From: a virus
Taxonomy: Duplodnaviria > Caudoviricetes
Direction: 5' to 3' (one strand)
Virus record (IMG/VR): IMGVR_UViG_3300046030_000054
Location: 11,952-75,951 of that record
DNA: 64,000 bases
This document shows positions 19,034-26,915 of this stretch, piece by piece. Below the pieces are notes generated by a model. It had not been told where the DNA came from, made no database searches, and worked only from the letters and a program-made list of their open reading frames with translations. A program made the position numbers and the translations under genes. How positions within the stretch are numbered: the stretch's first letter is position 1; every line of letters begins with the position of its first letter.

Positions 19034-19416
19034 TGCAACAACAAAACAAACGTGTTAGTAAGATTGTTGATATTGGTGAATTAGACCGGCGCATAACGCT
19101 AATGAAGAAGAAATATGTCGGCGAAAATCCTAATACTGGAATGTCAATGTACAAGGATGTACGTCTGGGTGATGTGTGGGCAAAAGTTTCCGCCCTGCAC
19201 GGACAAGAGTATTACACCGCTGTCACCGTAAAATTGGAAAAGCAATTATCATTCATCATTCGATATCGCGATGATATTGATGAAGAAACCAATATATGGT
19301 TTGAAGGACGTGGCTACAATATTGGCTTCATTGACGATGTTAAATACAACCACGAGTATATGGAGATCAAGGCCGAATATTCGAAAGGAGTTGATAATCC
19401 AAATGAAGACAACTAG
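19033..19416 (+). CDS. Head closure / head-tail adaptor (SPP1 gp16-like)
   Basis: IGELDRRITL, VWAKV, FIIRYR, motifs typical of head-closure proteins. Confidence 0.82.
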   Translation: MQQQNKRVSKIVDIGELDRRITLMKKKYVGENPNTGMSMYKDVRLGDVWAKVSALHGQEYYTAVTVKLEKQLSFIIRYRDDIDEETNIWFEGRGYNIGFIDDVKYNHEYMEIKAEYSKGVDNPNEDN

Positions 19417-19813
19417 TTTAACGGTAATCAATACGTGTTTCGGAGCTATTGGCGCTTTCCTTGGCTGGTTTTTAGGAGGACTCGATGGTTTCCTATATAT
19501 TCTCCTGATTTTTATGGTCGTGGACTATATCACCGGAGTTCTTTGCGCCGTTAGTGAACATAAATTATCCAGTGAGATTGGATTTCGCGGGCTTACCCGC
19601 AAGGTTTTAATTCTATTATTGGTTGGCATTGCTCACTGTCTTGATGTGTATTTACTAAAAAATGGCTCCGCAATTCGCACAGCAACCATTTTCTTCTATA
19701 TCTCTAACGAAGGTATTTCTCTATTAGAAAACACGAGTCGATTAGGATTACCTGTACCCGATAAATTAAAAAATGTTCTTCAACAACTTCATAATAAGGA
19801 TGGTGACAAGTAA
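19403..19813 (+). CDS. Phage holin
   Basis: Three hydrophobic segments; DYITGV, SSEIGFRG, NEGISLLEN; start reset to MKTTSL after aaaggag. Confidence 0.88.
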   Translation: MKTTSLTVINTCFGAIGAFLGWFLGGLDGFLYILLIFMVVDYITGVLCAVSEHKLSSEIGFRGLTRKVLILLLVGIAHCLDVYLLKNGSAIRTATIFFYISNEGISLLENTSRLGLPVPDKLKNVLQQLHNKDGDK

Positions 19814-20691
19814 TGATTCCAGGAATCGATATTTCTGAATGGCAAGGTCACGTTGATTTTAATGCAGTCAAAGCAAGCGGCGTAAAATTCGTCCTAATTA
19901 GAGCTGGCTACGGTCGTTCTGCTAGCCAAGTAGATCATTATTTTGCGGAACACTATGCACAAGCCAAAGCGGCAGGTTTGCAAGTTGGGGCCTACTGGTG
20001 CTCCTATGCAGTTTCACCTGCTGATGCAGCCAACGAAGCTCGGGCTTGCTTAACCGTCCTTGGTAATCGGCACTTTGATTATCCAATCTACTTTGATTTG
20101 GAAGAAAAGTGGCAATTTGCTAACGGACGCAACTTTTGTGATAGCTTAGTAAAAAGCTTCTGTAGCGTTTTGGAACAGAATGGTTGCTATGCGGGTTTAT
20201 ATATTTCTCGTTCACCACTGCAAAATTACATCTCTCCCACTGTTGCTCAGCGTTATGCAATCTGGATAGCCGAATATGGTCCACGTTGTAACTATGGTGG
20301 TAATTACGGAATCTGGCAACATTCCTCTACTGGTTCTGTTCCAGGTGTCAATGGCAACTGTGATCTAGATTATGCCTATATCGATTACGCAGCAGTTATT
20401 AACAAAAAACAGCCAGTTACCAGGAAGAACCCTGATCAGCTGGCTGCAGAAGTATTGAATGGGCAATGGGGTAATGGTGTCGATCGTCAAAAACGTTTAA
20501 CTGCTGCGGGTTACGACTACTCAGTCGTGCAAGAAAAAGTTAATAAATTATTGAATCGTAAGTCAGTCGACCAAATTGCCCGTGAAGTTATCCGTGGTTC
20601 CTGGGGAAATGGTAATGAGCGAATTACCCGTTTGAAACAAGCTGGTTATGATCCAATTCAAATTCAAAAACGTGTCAATCAATTACTCTGA
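19813..20691 (+). CDS. GH25 endolysin with two C-terminal CW_7-like repeats
   Basis: GIDISEWQG, YFDLEE, WQHSS; repeats LAAEVLNGQWGNG and IAREVIRGSWGNG. Confidence 0.9.
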   Translation: MIPGIDISEWQGHVDFNAVKASGVKFVLIRAGYGRSASQVDHYFAEHYAQAKAAGLQVGAYWCSYAVSPADAANEARACLTVLGNRHFDYPIYFDLEEKWQFANGRNFCDSLVKSFCSVLEQNGCYAGLYISRSPLQNYISPTVAQRYAIWIAEYGPRCNYGGNYGIWQHSSTGSVPGVNGNCDLDYAYIDYAAVINKKQPVTRKNPDQLAAEVLNGQWGNGVDRQKRLTAAGYDYSVVQEKVNKLLNRKSVDQIAREVIRGSWGNGNERITRLKQAGYDPIQIQKRVNQLL

Positions 20692-20696
20692 TTTAT

Positions 20697-20725
20697 GCCT
20701 GTGGACTCCGGTCTGCAGGCTTTTT
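20697..20725 (+). terminator. Late-operon terminator
   Basis: gcctgtggac/gtctgcaggc stem plus T-tract. Confidence 0.7.
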
Positions 20726-20877
20726 GTTGTTTCTATGATAAAATGCTATTAGGTCGGACTTGATGGGTCGCTCCCATCATGAAAGACTTAGCAGTTAACG
20801 TGGCTACACACCCCTCAAATAATCTGAACTGTGGAGGTGAGAGTCATGTTATTTAGGAAAGGACTGGAGGAGCAGCA

Positions 20878-20973
20878 ATTAATGCCGCCTTAGTTATCGT
20901 GGCAATCGGCCAGCTAGTCATTGACTGTGCTAAAGCCTACGCGATAATAAAAAAAGCTAACCATAACGGTTAG
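20878..20973 (+). CDS. Putative type I toxin-like hydrophobic peptide (31 codons from ATT; start uncertain)
   Basis: INAALVIVAIGQLVIDCAKAYAIIKKANHNG*; in this span B differs only by synonymous changes and four mostly conservative substitutions. Confidence 0.65.
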   Translation: MNAALVIVAIGQLVIDCAKAYAIIKKANHNG

Positions 20974-21038
20974 CTATCCTTCAGTCACCTGAACTGCGTT
21001 TGAGGGTAACGAGATGCCGCTCGTTGCTCTCTTTTCAT
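20949..21038 (-). ncRNA. Putative antisense antitoxin sRNA (~90 nt)
   Basis: Minus-strand promoter TTGAAA-17-TATCAT (21045-21073); minus-strand terminator agctaacc/ggttagct plus U-tract overlapping the peptide 3' end. Confidence 0.6.
21002..21035 (+). terminator. Terminator of the peptide mRNA
   Basis: 12-bp stem gagggtaacgag/ctcgttgctctc (two G-U pairs valid only on + strand) plus T-tract. Confidence 0.65.
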
Positions 21039-21044
21039 TTACTA

Positions 21045-21073
21045 ATGATATCTGATATATTTTGATTTTTCAA
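21045..21073 (-). promoter_or_regulatory. SigmaA promoter of the antisense RNA
   Basis: TTGAAA-17-TATCAT; hexamers identical in B while the spacer has diverged. Confidence 0.7.
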
Positions 21074-21115
21074 CTTTTAGCTGGCAGTTTTCTGTCAGCT
21101 TTTTTCTTTTACCAT

Positions 21116-21150
21116 GGTTTACTTTTCCGCTTGTTCTGGCTTATCAGTGG
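21116..21150 (+). promoter_or_regulatory. Bipartite motif copy A3 upstream of the recombination operon
   Basis: GGTTTACTTT-N10-CTGGCTTATCAGTGGAGG. Confidence 0.62.
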
Positions 21151-21162
21151 AGGTAATTAAAC

Positions 21163-21402
21163 ATGGTAAAAAAAGTACAACCAGTGACTCATCAACCACT
21201 AATAGCAACAAGTACGAATATTAGTTCAGAGCAATTATTGAACGATTTGCATTATCAACAAGCAAAACAGATCATCCAGACTCTACTTAATAAAGGCCTT
21301 ATTTCGCCCACCGAATTTAAAGACATTGATTCCTTAAATAAACAATCATTTCCACCATTATTAGGGCCCGGAAACGTTGATACATCAAGCCTCCAGAGCT
21401 AA
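21163..21402 (+). CDS. SHOCT-like small protein (possible recombination accessory factor)
   Basis: LLNKGLISPTEFKDID pattern; immediately precedes the recombinases in both elements. Confidence 0.7.
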   Translation: MVKKVQPVTHQPLIATSTNISSEQLLNDLHYQQAKQIIQTLLNKGLISPTEFKDIDSLNKQSFPPLLGPGNVDTSSLQS

Positions 21403-21431
21403 CATACCACACTGACGAAAGGAGGGTTGTC

Positions 21432-23093
21432 ATGTCAACCATTACTAAAATCCAAAGCTACCACCGTAATGTCAAGCAACTCCGTGTAGCAGCTTATTGT
21501 CGAGTTTCGACGGACAATATTGAACAGCTGGAGAGTCTTGAAAATCAACGTGCCCATTATCAAAAGTACATTAACAACCACCCTAATTGGGAGCTGGCTA
21601 AGATCTACTATGATGAAGGAATCTCAGGCACCAAGATGACCAAGCGGAACGCCTTAAAAGAATTACTAACTGATTGTCATAATCACCGGATTGACCTCGT
21701 GGTGACCAAATCAATTAGCCGTTTGTCACGAAATACAACTGATTGTTTGCAGATTGTCCGGGAATTACAGCAATTGAATATTCCAATTATCTTTGAGAAA
21801 GAGCATATCAATACTGGAGCAATGGCCAGTGAGTTATTTCTATCGATTCTTAGCAGTATTGCCCAGGATGAATCCCACTCAACTGCCGGAAATCTACGCT
21901 GGGCAATCAGGAAACGTTTTGCTAGTGGCAAATTCCATGTATCCTCAGCACCCTATGGATATTCAATTGAGGATGGCAACTTAGTTATCAACCATACTGA
22001 AGCAAAGACTGTACGACAAATCTTTCAACGATTTCTAAGTGGAACATCAGCCAGTCGGATTGCTAAAGGATTGAACCATAAACACGTAGCAACAAAGCGT
22101 GGTGGACAATGGCGAAGCAACACCGTGATTAACATTTTACGAAACAGTAATTACACCGGTGATATGCTCTGCCAGAAGACTTATAGTGATGATCAATATC
22201 ACCGTCATTTTAACCAAGGTGAACTCACCCAATACTTAATTGAGGATCATCACCCTAGTTTAGTTAACCACGAAACTTTTAACAGAGTTCAAGTTCTGCT
22301 TAAAGAAGCGGTCCAAAAGTGCCATATTGAAACTGGCAGCCATAAGTACCAACACCACTACTTATTTTCTGGGAAAATCACTTGTGGCAATTGTGGCACT
22401 ATTTTTAAGCGGCAAACACGTCCCAATAAAATTTGCTGGGCTTGTCAAAGACATCTAAGTTCCGCTAAGCAATGTCCTGTTAAAGCAGTAACTGAAGTAA
22501 GCCTAGAAGCAGCTTTCTGCAACATGATGAATAAACTCATTTACAGTAGGAAATTCTTATTACAGCCATTGTTAGCAAATTTACAAGTTCAAGCTAACAG
22601 TGATACCAACGGTCAGCTAAGTTCATTGGTCAATCAGGTTAAGGCAAATGACCGCAAAGCAGAAACGCTAACCGAATTGATGCAATCAGGATTGCTGGAT
22701 AAAGCCATCTATGTAAATCAAACGGCTCAGCTCGAACAGGATACCTACCAATGCCGCGAAAAGATTAAACAGTTTAATAGCAACAATACTGATTCGGCAA
22801 ATAATTTTGAAAACGTGCGAACCCTGCTTCATTGGTGTCAACAAGGTCAAAAACTGTCAGGCTTTAATAAAGCCCCATTTCAGGACTTCGTTCAACAAAT
22901 TGTAGTGAACAGTCCAAAAGAGGCGGTTTTCAAACTGAAATGCGGGTTGAGATTAACTGAGAAGTTAACCAAAGCAGCTTGCCTTGATGAACACTTTTAC
23001 CGTGGGGTAATCCGCCAACGTTTCAGCGAACCAATTCGGCAAGCAGAATACTTGTACAGCATTATCGAAAGTGAAGGTGATTTAATTGGGTAA
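21432..23093 (+). CDS. Large serine recombinase 1
   Basis: AAYCRVST catalytic motif, TKSISRLSRN, recombinase domain, zinc ribbon CGNCG..WAC, coiled coil. Confidence 0.92.
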   Translation: MSTITKIQSYHRNVKQLRVAAYCRVSTDNIEQLESLENQRAHYQKYINNHPNWELAKIYYDEGISGTKMTKRNALKELLTDCHNHRIDLVVTKSISRLSRNTTDCLQIVRELQQLNIPIIFEKEHINTGAMASELFLSILSSIAQDESHSTAGNLRWAIRKRFASGKFHVSSAPYGYSIEDGNLVINHTEAKTVRQIFQRFLSGTSASRIAKGLNHKHVATKRGGQWRSNTVINILRNSNYTGDMLCQKTYSDDQYHRHFNQGELTQYLIEDHHPSLVNHETFNRVQVLLKEAVQKCHIETGSHKYQHHYLFSGKITCGNCGTIFKRQTRPNKICWACQRHLSSAKQCPVKAVTEVSLEAAFCNMMNKLIYSRKFLLQPLLANLQVQANSDTNGQLSSLVNQVKANDRKAETLTELMQSGLLDKAIYVNQTAQLEQDTYQCREKIKQFNSNNTDSANNFENVRTLLHWCQQGQKLSGFNKAPFQDFVQQIVVNSPKEAVFKLKCGLRLTEKLTKAACLDEHFYRGVIRQRFSEPIRQAEYLYSIIESEGDLIG

Positions 23094-24663
23094 AGTACGC
23101 ATTATTCCCGCCCATCAGCAAAAAGGAAACAGTGTCCATCATCCACGTAGTCCACAATCTTTTGGAAAGCTTCGAGTGGCTGCATACTGCCGGGTTTCGA
23201 CCGATTACGATGAGCAGGCCAGTTCTTACGAAACTCAAGTAGATCATTACAAAGAACTAATTCAAAAGGAGCCATCCTGGGAATTTGCAGGTATTTATGC
23301 CGATGATGGGATCTCCGGAACCAATACCAAAAAACGGGAACAATTCAATAAAATGATTGCAGCCTGTAAAGTCGGTAAGATTGACCTGATCGTTACCAAA
23401 TCAATTAGCCGATTTGCCCGGAATACCATCGACTGTTTGAAATATATCCGTGACTTAAAAGCTATCAATGTTGCAATCTTCTTTGAAAAAGAAAATATCA
23501 ACACCATGGATGCCAAAGGTGAAGTTTTGATTACCATCATGGCTTCCCTTGCTCAACAAGAAAGTGAGTCCTTATCGCAAAACGTCAAGATGGGGATTCA
23601 ATATCGTTACCAACAAGGGAAAGTTTTCGTGAACCATAATCACTTTCTGGGTTATACCAAGGATGCTCAAGGTAACTTGGTGATTGAACCAGAAGAAGCA
23701 AAGGTCATTAAGCGTATCTTCTATAGCTACCTAAACGGAATGACGATGAAGCAAATAGCTGATTCTCTTAAAGCAGATGGTATTTTAACTGGTGGCAAAA
23801 CAAAGAATTGGCGTTCTAGCAGCGTGGCCAAAATCCTGAAGAATGAAAAATATATGGGTGATGCTCTATTACAAAAGACTTACACTGTGGACTTTCTGAA
23901 CAAAAAGCGCGTAAAGAACGAAGGAATCATGCCACAGTACTATGTGGAGAACGACCACCCAGCGATTATTCCTAAATCAGTGTTCATGCAAGTCCAGCAA
24001 ATTATCAAACAGCGACGTAACGGAATCACGACTAAGAACGGCAAGCACCGGCGAATTAACGGAAAATACTGCTTTTCTCAAAAAGTATTCTGCGGTAAAT
24101 GCGGTGATATCTTGCAACGGAACATGTGGTATCGACCGGAAAAAGTGGCAGTCTGGCGATGTGCAAGCCGCGTAAGACGCAATAAGACTGGCCGGCGATG
24201 CATGATTCGAAACGTCAAAGAACCATTGCTGAAGGAAACCACCGTTGAAGCATTCAACCAGCTCATTGAAGGGCATGAGCTGGTCAGTAAACAAATCAAA
24301 GCTAACATCATGAAAGTCATTAAAAACTCCAAAGGTCCAACACTTGATCAAATCGACCAACAGCTGGAAGAAGTGCAAATGAAGTTGATTCAAGCTGCCA
24401 ACCAGCATCAAGACTGCGACGCGCTAACCCAGCAAATTATGGACCTTCGCAAACAAAAAGAAAAAGTACAGAGTCGGGAAACTAATCAACAAGCCAAACT
24501 ACACAACCTTGATGAAATCAACAAATTAGTCGAATTGCACAAGTATGGCTTAGTTGACTTTGATGAACAATTGGTTCGTCGCTTGGTAGAAAAAATCACC
24601 ATCTTCCAACGCTACATGGAATTCACGTTCAAAGATGGTGAAGTAATTAGAGTTAATATGTGA
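23086..24663 (+). CDS. Large serine recombinase 2
   Basis: AAYCRVST, TKSISRFARN, NEKYMGDALLQKT, CGKCG..WRC. Confidence 0.92.
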   Translation: MGKVRIIPAHQQKGNSVHHPRSPQSFGKLRVAAYCRVSTDYDEQASSYETQVDHYKELIQKEPSWEFAGIYADDGISGTNTKKREQFNKMIAACKVGKIDLIVTKSISRFARNTIDCLKYIRDLKAINVAIFFEKENINTMDAKGEVLITIMASLAQQESESLSQNVKMGIQYRYQQGKVFVNHNHFLGYTKDAQGNLVIEPEEAKVIKRIFYSYLNGMTMKQIADSLKADGILTGGKTKNWRSSSVAKILKNEKYMGDALLQKTYTVDFLNKKRVKNEGIMPQYYVENDHPAIIPKSVFMQVQQIIKQRRNGITTKNGKHRRINGKYCFSQKVFCGKCGDILQRNMWYRPEKVAVWRCASRVRRNKTGRRCMIRNVKEPLLKETTVEAFNQLIEGHELVSKQIKANIMKVIKNSKGPTLDQIDQQLEEVQMKLIQAANQHQDCDALTQQIMDLRKQKEKVQSRETNQQAKLHNLDEINKLVELHKYGLVDFDEQLVRRLVEKITIFQRYMEFTFKDGEVIRVNM

Positions 24664-24677
24664 AAACTTGGGATATT

Positions 24678-24711
24678 CAGCACTCACTTATTTGAGTTGG
24701 GTGCTGTTTTT
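24678..24711 (+). terminator. Terminator after the recombinases
   Basis: cagcac...gtgctg stem plus T-tract; related hairpin in B. Confidence 0.6.
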
Positions 24712-24825
24712 AGATTGTAGTTTTTTAATTTGGCAGATTGCAAGAAATAACAGCCCCGATGAAAAGAACTAATTTTAATTTTCAAGTACTGGGGTTCTTA
24801 CTTCATAGCAGGCAGTCAAAATTCA

Positions 24826-25371
24826 TTAAACCAGCGTCGCACCCAGTGAATTCTTAAAATGGTCAAGCGCCCACTCCTGACCATGCTTGGTAAAGGTGGC
24901 AACCCCCTTAACCGGAATCGTAATCTGGTAGTTCAAATTATAGGCGGCAATTGCGGTGTGCAGGACACAGATATCGGTGCAAACACCCGTAATCCACAAG
25001 TTATCAATTTTTCGTTCCCGCAGGTAGTTATCAAGATTAGTATTTTGAAATGATGAATAGCGGTTCTTATTAAACTGGTAAACCCGGTCAATGGCCTGAT
25101 GTTGTTCAAACCAGTCATTAACCTTGCCGTATAGCTGTTGACCAGGCGTACCGACCACGTTATGTGGCGGGAAGAGTTTAGCTTCTGGACTAAACCGGTC
25201 CCCACAATGGGCATCAGTCGGGAAAATTACGTAGTCGCCATTTTGGTAAAAACGGTTGGCCAGCTGAACCAAATAATCTTCTAATTCCTGCGCTGGCTTG
25301 CCACAAGTAAGTGCACCATTGTCAGCGACAAAATCGTTTGTATAATCAATAATTAATAATGCTTTAGTCAT
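24826..25371 (-). CDS. pncA: Nicotinamidase (isochorismatase family)
   Basis: LLIIDYTNDF, TDAH, KNRYSSF, GVCTDICV; adjacent to pncB; start reset to MTKALL after aaggag. Confidence 0.88.
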   Translation of the reverse strand: MTKALLIIDYTNDFVADNGALTCGKPAQELEDYLVQLANRFYQNGDYVIFPTDAHCGDRFSPEAKLFPPHNVVGTPGQQLYGKVNDWFEQHQAIDRVYQFNKNRYSSFQNTNLDNYLRERKIDNLWITGVCTDICVLHTAIAAYNLNYQITIPVKGVATFTKHGQEWALDHFKNSLGATLV

Positions 25372-25381
25372 TGCTAACTCC

Positions 25382-26812
25382 TTATTTTTGTGCCTCATCA
25401 ACCAGCTTTTGTTGCAAGTCAGCTAACCGCTTGGTTAAATAAACCGGGAAGCGGTCCGGATTAAGCAACCGCTTAGTAGATGCCGGCAGCTGTGCTAATT
25501 CAGTCTGCGCAAAATGCTGGATGGCAAAAGTGTCGGTTTCAATTGGCGCCGCTTTTTCCAGTGTCAAAACTTGCTTAAGCAGTGGCTTAGCAATGAAGTC
25601 GGTTAGAATTACTTTATTCCGGGTGACGTGAACGTCAGCATTGATTGCCGCAATTTCGGTTCCAATCTGCTCGTCAGCCAGGGCAATTACATCGGCAACA
25701 GCGTGTTGGGGATCATGCTTATCGTAGAGCCGGTAAACCTGCTTATTCCCAGGGAGCGTAATCTTTTCGCGACTATTACTAATCTTGATCTTTGGCACCC
25801 ATTTGCCATCATTTTCTAGTGCCGACATTTTATAAACACCGCTTAATACTGGACTTGATGAACTGGTAATTAGCCGCTCACCGATCCCAAAGTTATCCAG
25901 TGGTGCCCCTTCATCAAGCAATGACTTAACAATGTGGGCATCAAGGGCGTTTGAAGCAGTAATCTTAGCGTTGGTAAAACCAGCTTCGTCCATCATCTTC
26001 CGGGCCTTGGTTGCCAACTGGGCAATATCACCAGAATCGATGCGGATACCAACCGGTTCGTGGCCAGCTGCCCGCAATTCCTTAAAGACTTTAATTGCGT
26101 TCGGTACTCCAGAGTTAACCACATCGTAGGTATCAACTAACAGGGCAGCATTGTCAGGGTAAATTTTGGCCCAGGCACGAAAGGCCGTTAATTCATCAGG
26201 AAAGCTTTCAATCCAGGCGTGGGCCATCGTCCCCACCGCCGGAAGGTTAAACAGCTTGGCAGCTAGCACATTGGAGGTACTACTGCACCCACCAATAATG
26301 GCAGCCCGCGCACCATATATTGCGGCATCAGGCCCCTGCGCCCGTCGTGCACCAAATTCCATTACTGGGCGTCCGCCAGTAACGCTGGTGATCTGCCATG
26401 CCTTCGTTGCAATCAATGATTGGTGGTTAATGATGTTTAAGATCAGGGTTTCAAGAAGTTGGACATCAATTAGTGGGCCACTAATACTAAGGATTGGTTC
26501 CTGTGGGAAGACTGGCGTGCCTTCTGGGATTGCCTGAATTGAGCAGCGGTTGTGAGCTGCCGTCAGGTAAAAGAGAAAGTCGTCACTAAAGTGGTTAAGG
26601 GACCGCAGATAAGCAATGTCATCAGTTGAAAAGTGCCAGTTCTTAACTTCATCAATTACTTGCATCAATCCAGCACTAATCACAAAACTGCCATCATCGG
26701 GCGCCTTACGGTAAAAGACGTCGAAGCGCGCCTGCTTATCGTGGGGAAGTGTTTGATAATAACCGTTGGCCATTGAAAACTCATACATGTCGGTTAATAA
26801 TTCATGCTTCAT
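25382..26812 (-). CDS. pncB: Nicotinate phosphoribosyltransferase
   Basis: LLTDMYEFSM, MEFGARRAQG, GTMAHAWI, LVDTYD, GIRIDSGD, FGIGERL, GVYKM. Confidence 0.93.
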   Translation of the reverse strand: MKHELLTDMYEFSMANGYYQTLPHDKQARFDVFYRKAPDDGSFVISAGLMQVIDEVKNWHFSTDDIAYLRSLNHFSDDFLFYLTAAHNRCSIQAIPEGTPVFPQEPILSISGPLIDVQLLETLILNIINHQSLIATKAWQITSVTGGRPVMEFGARRAQGPDAAIYGARAAIIGGCSSTSNVLAAKLFNLPAVGTMAHAWIESFPDELTAFRAWAKIYPDNAALLVDTYDVVNSGVPNAIKVFKELRAAGHEPVGIRIDSGDIAQLATKARKMMDEAGFTNAKITASNALDAHIVKSLLDEGAPLDNFGIGERLITSSSSPVLSGVYKMSALENDGKWVPKIKISNSREKITLPGNKQVYRLYDKHDPQHAVADVIALADEQIGTEIAAINADVHVTRNKVILTDFIAKPLLKQVLTLEKAAPIETDTFAIQHFAQTELAQLPASTKRLLNPDRFPVYLTKRLADLQQKLVDEAQK

Positions 26813-26833
26813 TATTAAATAACTCCTAACAAA

Positions 26834-26854
26834 TTTAGGTAAAAAATACTTTAA
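26834..26854. promoter_or_regulatory. Putative NrtR operator
   Basis: tttagGTaaaaaatACtttaa fits the GT-N7-AC core of NrtR boxes and lies just upstream of the pncB RBS. Confidence 0.45.
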
Positions 26855-26915
26855 CTACCGCAAAAAATAAAAGTATATTGAACTTTTATTATCACTGATT
26901 GTAGCACTTTTATTT

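Noticed and set aside
20400-20691. Repeated sequence at the endolysin 3' end
   Set aside because: These are ordinary tandem cell-wall-binding repeats at the protein level.
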